A DNA stretch of 64,000 nt. Source: an uncultured Nitrososphaerales archaeon. Its GTDB lineage: Archaea > Thermoproteota > Nitrososphaeria > Nitrososphaerales > Nitrososphaeraceae. Location of the stretch: contig CAWJCY010000012.1 in assembly GCA_963841565.1 (NCBI GenBank), positions 224,001-288,000 of the forward strand, given 5' to 3'. The notes beneath the pieces are model-generated. The model had not been told where the DNA came from. It saw only the letters and a list, made by a program, of their open reading frames with translations, and did not search any database. The position numbers and the translations under genes were made by a program. This document shows, piece after piece, positions 20,260 through 31,421 of the stretch (positions are counted from its first letter, which is position 1; every line of letters starts with the position of its first letter).

Positions 20260-21105
20260 ATGAGTTACGTTCATCCGGAGGTTCTTGTCGACACTCAATG
20301 GGCAGAAGACCACTTAAAGGACCCTAAGGTCAGAATAGCAGAGGTTGACTATGACCCTAAAGCAAACTACGAATTGGGTCACATACCTGGCGCTGTATTG
20401 TTTGATTGGAAAAACGATATTAACGACCCACTTACACGGAATGTACTTACCAAGGAAGCCTGTCAAAATCTTCTTCAAAACGCTGGAATAAACAGTGATA
20501 CTACTTTACTATTGTATGGAGATTTTAATAATTGGTTTGCCGCCTTTGCGTTTTGGGTTCTCAAGTATTATGGCTATAAGGATATCAGACTAATCAATGG
20601 CGGTAGAAAAAAATGGTTGCAAGAAGATAGAGCGTTAACAAAAGATGCTCCTTCTTATCCGAAAGGTAATTATGCTGCCACTGAGCCTGATAGTAAAATT
20701 AGGGTATTTCTAGACGAAGTCAAACGCGCTGTAAGCGCTCCAGGGCTAAAGATGGTGGATGTTAGATCGCCAAAAGAGTTTTCTGGAGAAATTCTGGCTC
20801 CGCCAGAGTATCCAACAGAACATGCGCAACGAGGAGGACACATTCCTGGAGCTGTCAATATTCCATGGGCACAGGCAGTAAACGATAGTGATGGGACCTT
20901 CAAGAATACAGAAGAGCTGAAACAGTTATACGAATCAAAAGGGATTACCCCCGATAAAGAGGTTATCGCTTATTGTAGAATCGGCGAAAGATCTTCGCAC
21001 ACATGGTTTGTTCTTAAATATCTCCTTGGCTATCCGAACGTAAAGAACTATGATGGTTCATGGACTGAATGGGGAAACATGATCGCAAACCCGATCGAGA
21101 AGTAG
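20260..21105 (+). CDS. Thiosulfate sulfurtransferase (tandem rhodanese, CysA-like)
   Basis: GHIPGA twice, YCRIGERS active loop, YDGSWTEWG. Confidence 0.95.
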   Translation: MSYVHPEVLVDTQWAEDHLKDPKVRIAEVDYDPKANYELGHIPGAVLFDWKNDINDPLTRNVLTKEACQNLLQNAGINSDTTLLLYGDFNNWFAAFAFWVLKYYGYKDIRLINGGRKKWLQEDRALTKDAPSYPKGNYAATEPDSKIRVFLDEVKRAVSAPGLKMVDVRSPKEFSGEILAPPEYPTEHAQRGGHIPGAVNIPWAQAVNDSDGTFKNTEELKQLYESKGITPDKEVIAYCRIGERSSHTWFVLKYLLGYPNVKNYDGSWTEWGNMIANPIEK

Positions 21106-21149
21106 CGAAAATGGGATACGGTCAGACCTATCCCAACATTCTAAGATAT

Positions 21150-21848
21150 TCAATCTGTTTTTTGGACAAGAAAATGCAATAAATTTTCTTCTTTCCTCGT
21201 TTCTATCAATTTTTGTCCGGTCTGCTCGGCCCATCTAGTCATTTCTATGTCAGCCATAGGATCATCTGAGACTAGATGAACGATTTGTCCACTTTCAATT
21301 CCTGATATTAGATCGTCTAATTTTGATAGAGTTGCCGCGCATTCAATACCAATTTCAAACATTTCAAAATCCGGAAGAGCCGTATAGCATTTGACATGTA
21401 ATCTACGGACCAATGATCTAATTTCCTCACTATCATCAGGTAGCGATTTGAAGTCTTTCAGGATGTCAACATCTGAAGTCGGAACAAGAGCGATGAACCA
21501 ACCCTTTTCGTAGGGCGAATCGTTCGCCAATTTGGGATTGCTGACAAGTTCATGATTAATGGCTACAATCTTTCCCTCAACGGGAGCCCTAATAGCGCCA
21601 AAATACCTCCCGCTCTCAATCGTTCCTACGTTTTTTCCCCTCATTACTATCGTGTTGACGTCCTTTAACTTTACAGCTGAAATTTTACCTGCAATGGCGG
21701 ACAATATTGATGTAATTCCGACAATAAGAACATTGCCAGCATCTTGCCTTGCCCAAACCAAATTATCTAAATCGTAAATTAGGTCATCTGGAAATATGCA
21801 GTGCTCAATTTCCATACTCGAGGCTCTGATGCAGGAGACGGTTAGCAT
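21150..21848 (-). CDS. GcvH/LbpA-like domain fused to a TusA-like domain
   Basis: FPDDLIY..VW, VGIT, IESGRY, AP..G.I...N, N.SPYEKGW; C-terminal C...VSDDP.A..E...W...G TusA pattern; start may be the ATG of MEIEHC. Confidence 0.85.
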   Translation of the reverse strand: MLTVSCIRASSMEIEHCIFPDDLIYDLDNLVWARQDAGNVLIVGITSILSAIAGKISAVKLKDVNTIVMRGKNVGTIESGRYFGAIRAPVEGKIVAINHELVSNPKLANDSPYEKGWFIALVPTSDVDILKDFKSLPDDSEEIRSLVRRLHVKCYTALPDFEMFEIGIECAATLSKLDDLISGIESGQIVHLVSDDPMADIEMTRWAEQTGQKLIETRKEENLLHFLVQKTD

Positions 21849-21942
21849 ATTTATCTATTTACACTCCAACAAGCAATATTTCATTTCTTCAGAGCCCTTC
21901 TTTGCAAGTGAAGGACAAAATATTATTATGCGATCATGACAT

Positions 21943-22311
21943 ATGCTTTGGAAGAGCTTGGTAAGCTGCACAATTTGTGGTTCTAGATTTGGTGATAGGA
22001 TCTGTCCATATTGTGAAAGGAGTGTGTGTTCATCATGCATAGTCTATGGGAAGAATATATGCGTGAAATGTGACAAGGTCAAGGCAATTCCTCCTAGCTT
22101 CTTAAGAAGAAATGCAAAGTTTATTCTACTGTTCATTGCGTTCTGGTTTTTTGTTTCAGGGCTCTATCCTTTTCCCTATATGATGGCGTTAGGTCAACCA
22201 GTTGATTTTAGAGTCATCCAACCCGTGTTGATCGCTACGGGAATCATGTTGATACCGTTTATTTTTCTAATGTTTGCCTGGAATAGGCGCGCTCAAGGAA
22301 TACGTAAATAA
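21943..22311 (+). CDS. Cys-rich zinc-finger protein with two C-terminal TM helices
   Basis: CTIC...CPYC...CSSC...CVKC then two hydrophobic segments. Confidence 0.75.
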   Translation: MLWKSLVSCTICGSRFGDRICPYCERSVCSSCIVYGKNICVKCDKVKAIPPSFLRRNAKFILLFIAFWFFVSGLYPFPYMMALGQPVDFRVIQPVLIATGIMLIPFIFLMFAWNRRAQGIRK

Positions 22312-22406
22312 TGAGTGGGTTCAGAATCATCTGATAGTAGGATGGGTAGAGCAGAAGGAATATCTGACAGCAGGTTGGAGATAATCGTTACTAATCTGGT
22401 CTTTGA

Positions 22407-23063
22407 ATGAACATGGATAACAAGACTGGTGGTGGCTATCTGAGATTCATATGTGGGGAGGATAATGCAATCGAGAATTGTGCAAACATAGTAAATGATG
22501 GTGGGGTGATTGTTTTCCCCACAGACACCGTATATGCAATAGGATGCAATCCATTTAATGATAGAGCAGTGGAGCGGATATTTCTTTTAAAGCACAGGGT
22601 GGCTGAGAAAGCGTTGCCAGTACTTTGTGCCAATCTTATGGATCTCGAAAACATGGTACAAGTTTCGAATAAGGTTAAGAGATTAGCTCGATCTTTTTGG
22701 CCTGGTCCCCTAACGATAATATGCCCTCTGTCTAATAGAAACATTTCTCCAAGGTTAACCGCCAATAACTCCTCACTTGCAGTGAGAATACCAGGCAATC
22801 CATGCACCCTTTCGCTTCTCAAATTTAGTCGTTACTTGGTTGGAACCAGTGCCAACATTTCCGGTCAGGAGTCTGTGAAAAGCCCATCCCAAATTAATAC
22901 AACCTCACTTACGAACTTCGACGCCTTGCTAGATGGTGGTACGTTGAATAAGTATTCTCATTCTACCATAATACACTTAGATGATGATGAAACTTTAACC
23001 GTTGTGAGGAATGGGCCGATCACCGAAAGAGATATTGTTGCAGCTTTAAGGCCTTCGGGATAG
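22407..23063 (+). CDS. Threonylcarbamoyl-AMP synthase (YrdC/TsaC-type, single domain)
   Basis: FPTDTVYAIG, K.R, FWPGPLT, TSANISG, STII. Confidence 0.93.
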   Translation: MNMDNKTGGGYLRFICGEDNAIENCANIVNDGGVIVFPTDTVYAIGCNPFNDRAVERIFLLKHRVAEKALPVLCANLMDLENMVQVSNKVKRLARSFWPGPLTIICPLSNRNISPRLTANNSSLAVRIPGNPCTLSLLKFSRYLVGTSANISGQESVKSPSQINTTSLTNFDALLDGGTLNKYSHSTIIHLDDDETLTVVRNGPITERDIVAALRPSG

Positions 23064-23368
23064 CTGGTCCCATCTTTTAATATTAATTCAAGCTTTCATT
23101 GCCTCTTTTGATTTCGTATAAGTTTAATTTTGAAAATCAATACGAATGTCAACTAACTTTTGTATCATCATTATTGTAGTAACGTTTCTGGATCGTATAC
23201 TATCGGCTACTTTTTTGCCATTACCGTACACTACGAATCGATGACTCCTTCCAGTAATGGGTCATCAGAGATACCTGCCTATAGTTCAGTTCAGTTTAGG
23301 ATGTCTTTACCAAAGCGGCATAGTTAGATTTTCTGGAAATATCTCTAGAATCAAGCATTTTGATGTAG

Positions 23369-23767
23369 TCATTTTTTTATTGCGCTCTCTTCCATGAAGA
23401 ATACCTCCCACAGATGCCCATCAACATCCTCGAAACTTCGACCATACATCCAGCCATGATCCTGTTTTTCTCTGGGTTCACCTCCTCCTGCCTCTATTGC
23501 TTTGTCCATCATCTGATCCACTTTCTCTCTTGATTCGACTGATAAAGCTACTATCGCTTCTGTATTTTTAGAAGTATCACAGACCTCCTTTTTAGTAAAA
23601 GTCTTGAAAAATTTTTCCACCAAAAGCATAATGAATATATCCTCCCCAACTATCATACAGGTTGCATTTTCATCGGTAAATTGAGGATTAAAGTTGAAAC
23701 CCAGTTTGGTAAAGAAAGCTATTGATTTATTGAGATCCTTTACTGATAGGTTTACAAAAATCTTCAT
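23369..23767 (-). CDS. VOC/glyoxalase family protein
   Basis: IFVNLSVKDL..S..FF..LGF...MYGRSFED.DGHLWE. Confidence 0.92.
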   Translation of the reverse strand: MKIFVNLSVKDLNKSIAFFTKLGFNFNPQFTDENATCMIVGEDIFIMLLVEKFFKTFTKKEVCDTSKNTEAIVALSVESREKVDQMMDKAIEAGGGEPREKQDHGWMYGRSFEDVDGHLWEVFFMEESAIKK

Positions 23768-24107
23768 TTCATTCTATCAGAATTAAGGCTAAAAGGATAT
23801 AAACTCTTTTGTTTCACCAATGGGCCTCTGCATTTTGAATTTGATTGAGTTAGTGCATCTGTTCAAAGTCCAAGATCCCTACGTCATTGTTTCATGATCT
23901 AGCAATGTGACATTGAATCCTGGACGCAATAGACAGGGTGGGGGCAGATGCATAGATATGAAAAAGTACACACTCAGAGACATGGGACTATAAACCCACG
24001 TCTATCGAACCCTTGTGGAAGACCAATTTAGGTATTTTGTTCTTCAGCCACAGCAGTATTTCAGGAGACAAAAAAAGCTTTCACGCACATAGGATTTGCG
24101 GTTACAT

Positions 24108-26423
24108 CTATTTTTTCTTAGACGGACAATTTATGTTAATGCAAAATTTCCATCGATACTTTGCTCCATGAGAATAAGCGTTCTCAAGCACAGGCCATCG
24201 GCATGAAGAACAAATCTCGCCTGTGGCTCTTATTGATCCACTCTGTGGTAGTGGAACAGTTGCCTTGCACATGCCAGAGGTGTAATTAGAACATCCTACA
24301 AACCTCTTCTTAGTTTTACCTGATCTTATAATTTTCAAGCTTCCTTTGCAGCAAACAGGACAGGTCCCAAGAATCATCTGTTCTTTTCTCTTAGTAACAT
24401 TAATTGCATCTGTTAATCTATTGCCTATCTCAATTTCCTTTTCCTTAAAAGGAATAATTGCTTCTTTTAGTTTGGCTTTTGCATACTTTATGACAAAATC
24501 ACCTCTGTCGTTGCCAGCTGCGATTCCTTCAAGAAGTTCTTCCATAGATCTGGTGAGATCTATAGATACTATGTTAGGTATGTACTGTCGCATCGATTGC
24601 ACTATTTCAACTCCGAGATCCGTAGCCTCTATCCCACCTTTCGAACTATCATAATGTCTAGAGTAAGAGACGTCATTAGAAGAACGTACGTTACTAACAT
24701 AATTCCTCTTAAACAAAGTGTTTATGATCTCCGATCTTGTGGCTTTTGTACCAATCTTTTTCGATTCCATTTCTTCTAGTAAACTAGATTGATTAAATCT
24801 CGGAGGAGGCTGAGTGAATCTATCAGTCATTGTAACAGCATCATTTTTTAATATGTTTCCTTTTTGGAGAATTTGTAAATAAGGTTGGTATCCTAATCCT
24901 AAGCTATTACTTATGTATGGCTTATAAAAGCGCATCCAGCCCTCATCTATCATCGTCTTAGTATCGGTCTCGAAAAAATGTTCTTCTATGACAAAAATTG
25001 TCACAATAGTATGCTCGCTTATCGCTGGTTGACCAAAGGTCGCCAAAAATCTCCTAATTATAAGATCAAATAGTTTGAATTCACTTGCATTTAGTCTGCC
25101 TCTTGGCTTTTCTCCTGTTGGGTAAATCGCGGGATGTGCTGGATCGGTCTTTTTTCCTTCATTCGGAGAAAGGCGGTTTGAATTTGACAGCAGATCTATA
25201 GTTATTTTTGAATAAGGACTACTCATAGGAAGTCCATTTGGCCACCTACTACTGGTGACTCTGTGTTCAGGAGCAAGAGAAATACTAATCTTCGAGAGAT
25301 CTGAAATAATTTTCCTATAATTAATTGAAGATGGTATCCTTTGACTGGAGGTTCTCGGATATGAAATTAGTGCAGAAATGTATAGCTTCTCAGCAATGGA
25401 TAACGTGTAGCTAGGAGAGAACCTAAATACTCTATAGGCTTCCTTTTGCAGATCGCCCAGATTGAAAGGATGTGGAGGGCAAAGAGTATTTCTTTTGTTC
25501 TTAATTTCAGTAACTTTCCCGTTTTGATTTGAGCAGGCATGGACTATTGAAGTAGCCTCTGCTAATGTCTCTATTTTCTGCCGACAATAACGAGCATTAA
25601 TTATGCGTCCATCTTTTTCAAATACCGCGTTTATGGTCCAGTAGGGTACCGGAACATGGTTTCTAATAGAAAGTTCTTTATCTACCACAAAAGCAAGAGT
25701 GGGGCCTTGTACCCTTCCTATTGATAAATTATGGTATTTCTTACGATTGTTACTGTTCTTAAATGCTTGTGTAAGTGCCCTCGACAAGTTGACGCCATAA
25801 ATAAAATCGATCAGATGTCGAGATATTCCGGCTTCAGCTAATCCCCTGCTCGGCGGTAGAAGATTGTCAAATGAATTTCTAATTTCTTGATCAGTGAGAG
25901 TAGAATATTTGGCCCTTAATGACCTCTCGTACTTGTTATTACAGGCATATTCCAGAATATTGTATCCAATCACTTCACCTTCTTGGTCATAATCGCAAGC
26001 ATGAATGAAGCTTGTCGCTTTTTGAGAAAGTGAGGATATAGACTTAATTATTTTTTCATATGCCACTGCCGACTTTGGACCCCTACCGTTCCTTTTTCCT
26101 AAAATTGGCGTCCATTTAACATCAAAAATTGGATATACACTTCGGTTTCCATTCACATCTACTAATCCATACAAATGACCGAGTGCAGAACATACAACAT
26201 AGGCCTGACCATTTTGAGACATGGCTAAAAATACTGTTGGGTGCAATCCACTTTTTCTTTTTTCCTCAGGACCTGAATCTTTCCCAAGTCCTGTAATTTT
26301 TGCGAATCTCGACGTCCCTAAAGCCTCTGCTATCCTGAGGGCAACGGAAGGTTTTTCGCAGACTACAAGGGCATATGGAGGTTCAGGAATCCTGTTTAGA
26401 TTCAAACCTGTAGATTGTTCCAC
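24108..26423 (-). CDS. topA: DNA topoisomerase type IA (archaeal TopA/Topo III)
   Basis: Toprim CEKPS, ACDYDQEGE, SIGRVQGP, catalytic ISYPRT, HPAIYPT, IGTKATR, C-terminal Zn ribbons. Confidence 0.95.
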   Translation of the reverse strand: MEQSTGLNLNRIPEPPYALVVCEKPSVALRIAEALGTSRFAKITGLGKDSGPEEKRKSGLHPTVFLAMSQNGQAYVVCSALGHLYGLVDVNGNRSVYPIFDVKWTPILGKRNGRGPKSAVAYEKIIKSISSLSQKATSFIHACDYDQEGEVIGYNILEYACNNKYERSLRAKYSTLTDQEIRNSFDNLLPPSRGLAEAGISRHLIDFIYGVNLSRALTQAFKNSNNRKKYHNLSIGRVQGPTLAFVVDKELSIRNHVPVPYWTINAVFEKDGRIINARYCRQKIETLAEATSIVHACSNQNGKVTEIKNKRNTLCPPHPFNLGDLQKEAYRVFRFSPSYTLSIAEKLYISALISYPRTSSQRIPSSINYRKIISDLSKISISLAPEHRVTSSRWPNGLPMSSPYSKITIDLLSNSNRLSPNEGKKTDPAHPAIYPTGEKPRGRLNASEFKLFDLIIRRFLATFGQPAISEHTIVTIFVIEEHFFETDTKTMIDEGWMRFYKPYISNSLGLGYQPYLQILQKGNILKNDAVTMTDRFTQPPPRFNQSSLLEEMESKKIGTKATRSEIINTLFKRNYVSNVRSSNDVSYSRHYDSSKGGIEATDLGVEIVQSMRQYIPNIVSIDLTRSMEELLEGIAAGNDRGDFVIKYAKAKLKEAIIPFKEKEIEIGNRLTDAINVTKRKEQMILGTCPVCCKGSLKIIRSGKTKKRFVGCSNYTSGMCKATVPLPQSGSIRATGEICSSCRWPVLENAYSHGAKYRWKFCININCPSKKK

Positions 26424-26848
26424 TTTAGCTAATATAACTTCTGATTCGGATTCTTTACTGTGGTTATTCTGACAGCATCTTATGAGTCACACAAGTAGGC
26501 TATTCGGTAAGCTGGTTCTGTCCGTGAGTGCATGGCCCTATGGTATTTGAAAATAATTTAACACCAACTTTGGGTGTCATACCTATAAACGACAGATATT
26601 CTGATAGGATAAATATTGGTCCAAGAGTGGCATCGCGCTTATCTGGGCCGTGCAATAACGCCCATATTTAGTCCACGACCTTACAATCTCGTACTATTGG
26701 ACAAAATACCCCCAACAAATCCTTTTTTTAGAAACTATAATTAATATCTTGATCCCGCTGAGATAGTTGGTTAATAGGCATTTTACGTTCTTCAATTTTT
26801 ACTTTTTTGAGCTGTGTCCTAGTAATGCACGACTAATTCGAAAGCGGA

Positions 26849-27799
26849 TTACTTATATGAATACTTTAACCCCGCTTCTAATCTACGAATTCGATTGATT
26901 ATGTCCAAATGATCTGCTTGTATCTCCGTAGTTAGATATAGAAGATAGTCGTCTCCAAAAGGCATGGTAATGCGCTTGATCCTTTCATACTCTGCTACTA
27001 CGTACCTTCCCTTTCCTATCTTATGTGAAAGGTCGCTACGTACTTTCCATCCCGTCATAGCCATCTCGAGTGATTTTTTGCTCTCTTCAGGGGTGAGCAA
27101 ATTCTTTATACCTTGGCGATGACGGGAGTACATCGTCTTACCTTCTGAATCACAAATGGTAACTAACCTGATATTTGGATCGATATCCACTATATCTTTA
27201 TAGTGTTGTTTTATCCCAAAGAGCCTAATTCTCAGTAGAGAGCTTATTATAAATCCAAAGACAGCTCCCCAAATTAAATGGAAGCCAATTGCAGCTAATG
27301 TAATGTTTGTGATGGACTGGTTTATGTCTTCTGACACTAGTGCCTTCTGTGATTCCATAGCCAGCATGGTTGTGATGGAGTTAATAGCTGGTTGAACCAA
27401 AAACGTTGTTATTGGGAGGAACAGTACTAACCACACTACAATGCCTGCTCCCATCCCAACCAACGCACTTTTGTACGGATTAAGCATACGCACCTTTTTC
27501 CATCTAATTCCGATGATGCCAAATACAGCTCCTATTACAGTACCAACCAGAAGGTGAAGACCAAAAGCTGTGGATGCAGCAGCAGTGGTATTATCGACAC
27601 CTATACTAATGCCTATAATGGTGTAGAAAGTGCCCATACTCATTCCAAGTAGAAGTTCAGTTACTGCGATCACTGAAGATATAGACCAAGTCGCTATAAA
27701 ACCAGCAAAAGCTCCATACTTTACTCCTTTGAAAGTTACCATTAATTCGTTCCTTTTCTTGTTGCTCTTCATGTCCCTGTCCTTGGTAATAGAAAGCAT
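26849..27799 (-). CDS. 4-TM membrane domain fused to a DUF6659-like cytoplasmic domain
   Basis: TM helices with GLHLLVG and GFHLIWG; C-terminal IDPNIRLVTI...IGKGRYVVAEYERIKRITMP. Confidence 0.8.
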   Translation of the reverse strand: MLSITKDRDMKSNKKRNELMVTFKGVKYGAFAGFIATWSISSVIAVTELLLGMSMGTFYTIIGISIGVDNTTAAASTAFGLHLLVGTVIGAVFGIIGIRWKKVRMLNPYKSALVGMGAGIVVWLVLFLPITTFLVQPAINSITTMLAMESQKALVSEDINQSITNITLAAIGFHLIWGAVFGFIISSLLRIRLFGIKQHYKDIVDIDPNIRLVTICDSEGKTMYSRHRQGIKNLLTPEESKKSLEMAMTGWKVRSDLSHKIGKGRYVVAEYERIKRITMPFGDDYLLYLTTEIQADHLDIINRIRRLEAGLKYSYK

Positions 27800-28470
27800 T
27801 TAGAAAACTAAACACACAAGAGGATATAAGTAATAATACCAGTCACTACTAATTTTTCAGGCTCTTAGCTTAGGACATTGTAGGCCAATTTTATCAAAAT
27901 TGCGAGATCCTTAATGTGATCTATCATTATGCCAATTTCTTGCTACACATCTCGATATTGATTCTGATATAAAAGAAAACAAAGTCATTGCCATCCTCGA
28001 TACATAGTCGTGAACCATGTGAGGTGGGCACAATTACTAAACATAGCTCGAAAGATTATGGTACTTGGACTTTCATTCTCCAACCTCAGCGCAAAAAACA
28101 TACCAAGCTCTGAATCGCAGGGCTGCAAGCTAAACTCACTTGCTAACGTTACTGAATGTGTACCAATGCAACCACTTTCACATTGCAAGTACACATGCAT
28201 ACTTCACCCTCCCTCATGAAACATGGCAAGTGGGAGGAAGTGGATATTGAACAGATAGAACTAACTGGCTTGTCAGTACTGAATTATTAATTTGATGAGC
28301 GATGACGCCTGTCGAAAGTTGAACTTGATACCAGTTTTGGTTTAATGTTCGAAAACAAATTGAGAGAATGGACCCGAACCTTATGATAATAACGAGTAAA
28401 CCAGAACTCAATGCATTCTCAGATATACAGTCAAATTAATTTTGTAGGGAATTTTTAGATATGCCATGAA

Positions 28471-29550
28471 GTGTTAGGTTTATTACTCATTCTACATAGT
28501 AATTGCACATTGATCGCAAATATTAGAAGGCATCCACAGAATTCATTAGTTTTGACCTGTTTCATTCTAGCAGCCACATCAGGAATAGTATTATTCAGTG
28601 GAGTCAGCGTTAATACGACTTACAACGGTAATCAAGCACAAGCACAGACCCAAGATCAGCAGCAGCAACAACAACAACAATCACAGGTAGGGCAGACAAG
28701 TATCACCATATTATGGGAAACACCAGATGACCTGAAGAACCCAGAATCAGTGGTCTATGCGCCTAAACAAAATGTATTGTACGTTTCTAACATAGATGGA
28801 AAACCAGATCAGAAAGATCAGAACGGATTCATTTCCAAGATCTCACCTTCTAATGGGAGCATCGTTGAATTAAATTGGATAACAGGACTAAATGCACCAA
28901 AAGGTATGGCTATTTATAATAATAATAGTAGTAGCAGATTGTATGTTTCAGATATCACAGATCTGGTCGAGATAGATATTGGAAGTGGAAAAATAATCAA
29001 GCGTTTCAACGCACCAGGAAGTGTTTTTCTTAATGATGTTGCATTAGATAATCAAGGAAATATCTATGTATCTGATACAGTTACAGATACTATCTACAAA
29101 CTAGATGCGAACGCCAAGGATAGTAATAATACATCTCTACAAGCTTGGTTGCAAAGCCCACAATTAAATGGTCCTAATGGTTTGCATATCGATAATACTA
29201 AAAATAGATTAATTGTCGCTTCTTTGGGAAATATGAGTAAACCTGGAGCCGGCATAGAAGTTGTTGATTTAAAAAATAAGACAATAAGCAGTTTGGGAAA
29301 GGAAGGAACGACCTCTCCTTTTGGCGGCCTTGATGGGATAGAATCTGACGCTTCTGAAACACGTTACTATATTACTGACAACCCCGCAGGAAAGATCTAT
29401 AGTGTTAACGCAGACGGAGCAGGGTATACAAATTTGATAGATTTACAAACAAAGGGGGCTGCCGACCTAGGATTTATACCAAGCCAAAGTGCTATTGTAA
29501 TACCTCTTATGCAGGAAAATAAACTTGTAGCTTACAAGCTAGTAGAATAG
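28471..29550 (+). CDS. Exported SMP-30/gluconolactonase-like beta-propeller
   Basis: PESV, GLNAPKGM, FLNDV, GPNGL, GLDGI, AADLG blades; poly-Q after the signal peptide. Confidence 0.85.
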   Translation: MLGLLLILHSNCTLIANIRRHPQNSLVLTCFILAATSGIVLFSGVSVNTTYNGNQAQAQTQDQQQQQQQQSQVGQTSITILWETPDDLKNPESVVYAPKQNVLYVSNIDGKPDQKDQNGFISKISPSNGSIVELNWITGLNAPKGMAIYNNNSSSRLYVSDITDLVEIDIGSGKIIKRFNAPGSVFLNDVALDNQGNIYVSDTVTDTIYKLDANAKDSNNTSLQAWLQSPQLNGPNGLHIDNTKNRLIVASLGNMSKPGAGIEVVDLKNKTISSLGKEGTTSPFGGLDGIESDASETRYYITDNPAGKIYSVNADGAGYTNLIDLQTKGAADLGFIPSQSAIVIPLMQENKLVAYKLVE

Positions 29551-30199
29551 AAGCCCATGGATAGTGTGGGCCATGTGACCTTTTCTTTTTTATGCATTAA
29601 AGCTAATTGACCGTTCAAGTCAACTTCTTTATAATACTTGGGGCCAAAAGTTTGTGAACCAAATTATACATTTCTTTGGGTCCCAATACCGTTTAAGATC
29701 AGCACCGGCTAGTATTGAAAGAATATTACAGGACTCGTTGATCAAAGAGCTCGTTCAGTTGGCAAGAACAACCTCTTCCAAGGTGCTGATTGAATAGGAT
29801 ATCTTGGTAATACTCGACTATACTGATTTACATGCAAATTTCGTCCCGGCCTACATAATTGAAATACTTTAGATACTCCAAAGTATCAAATCATCTTGAA
29901 CGATGCTGAATAAACGCCCACTAGGCAAATTTTTTGGAATCGTTCAATACGAGGCTGTTCATCTAAAATATTCTGAACAGCTGAGCGTCAAAGCTGACTG
30001 AACGCTTATTGAACGCCGTGTTCATATGGGGTTGTATACAAATCTGTGTACAACCCCAAAATGCTGTACACAGTTTCCGCATACATCCCAGCCAAGTTAG
30101 AAAATATGCTAACGTAGCCACCAAATCAAGACTAGCAAGACAATTTCGGCGACCGACTCGGGTTCACATCGCGCGTATGATCTTAAGAAAGAGTCTACA

Positions 30200-30911
30200 C
30201 TACCCTAAAACAAGACTGCTAATTATATTAATGGCCGTAACTGGACTGTAATAGGCCGAGGGCTGTGCAGAATACGTTACCACATACCATTTATTATCTT
30301 TGAAAGTCCAGGCCTGTGTCTGTTTAATATCCGATATGTTATTGGTTATTAAATATGTAATCTGATACCCTGGCAGTCCTGATATTACTGTAGGAACAGA
30401 TTGCAACAATGTAACGTTACCAAAAGTTTGCCTTAGATGAGCAATAGTAGAATTCAAGGTTTCATTTATCAGAAATTTGGCAGGTTTAGAAGCGTCAACT
30501 GCACTAGCAATCGGTCTAGTTGGCTGAATAGCAAGAGAACCAACGCTAGTATCCAGAGACTTATTCATAATACCCTTCAAATATTCACTCTGATTTAATA
30601 TGACAACATTCGCGTTCTCAGAATAGCTATGTATACCTTTGAACCCAGTAAGATAAAAGTCTGCTATTATATTGTTACCTGAAATATTTCCCAAATTTTC
30701 AAGCATGTTCCAATTTGAAGGGTACTTGACTCGCACGCCTGCAGTCATATTTTCGTATGTCCGATAACTTACTTCAGATGAATTCCCGTCAAAGTCGAAA
30801 TAAACCTGACCGGCTACTGAGAACTGTTGAGCTGAGATATGGATATGAATTCATAAAGATCAGAAGCACAATCAAGCCACTTACTATAACCTGTGGGGTA
30901 GAATGTCTCAT
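30200..30911 (-). CDS. Exported PsbP-like protein (+1 frameshift near 30832)
   Basis: YRTYEN..GVRVKYPSNW...ISGLPGY...WYVVTY...IISSL; signal peptide (ATG 30911) lies in the adjacent frame. Confidence 0.7.
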
Positions 30912-31421
30912 TTTTTGCCGCCAGTATACCTCCTTCAAAGTAACTGGATATGATAGTTTAATTTTATTTCAATATTTCTATCCCATCCCTTTACTCTATA
31001 TTTTTAATTTGAATGTGAATGTGACCCACCAAGATAATTATTTCATATTTTTCAGATAAAATGCTCTCCGTTAAGGTTTCTTTATCTATTGTAATGTCGT
31101 TTTCAGTGGTAGTGGTGGTATTGTCAGCCTTTCTCACGGTGATGCTTTCTTCCATGTCGCCTTTCTGAGCATTGATGGCCAGTGCCTTACTTTTTCCTGC
31201 TCAAATAAACATACCAATGTCGACAAATGTTAGGTATTTGCAGTCAAGGAAGGATTTCTATATCCGTAACCAAGGGTATAATTGGCAAGATCAATTATGA
31301 AAGCCCAAAACTTTTAATGGGATATATTGGACGGAGGAGCCCTAGATTCTTGTAATGTTGGAGCTCAGTTTTATTGCTCATGCTGATTTCTAAGTTGAAT
31401 ATCAACGTCTAATTCTATCAC

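Noticed and set aside
27985-28411. Three short ORFs between accessory genes
   Set aside because: Mutually overlapping, no motifs, weak starts
28651-28680. CAG/CAA poly-Gln run as a contingency locus
   Set aside because: Mixed codons, in frame, in a post-signal linker; ordinary low complexity
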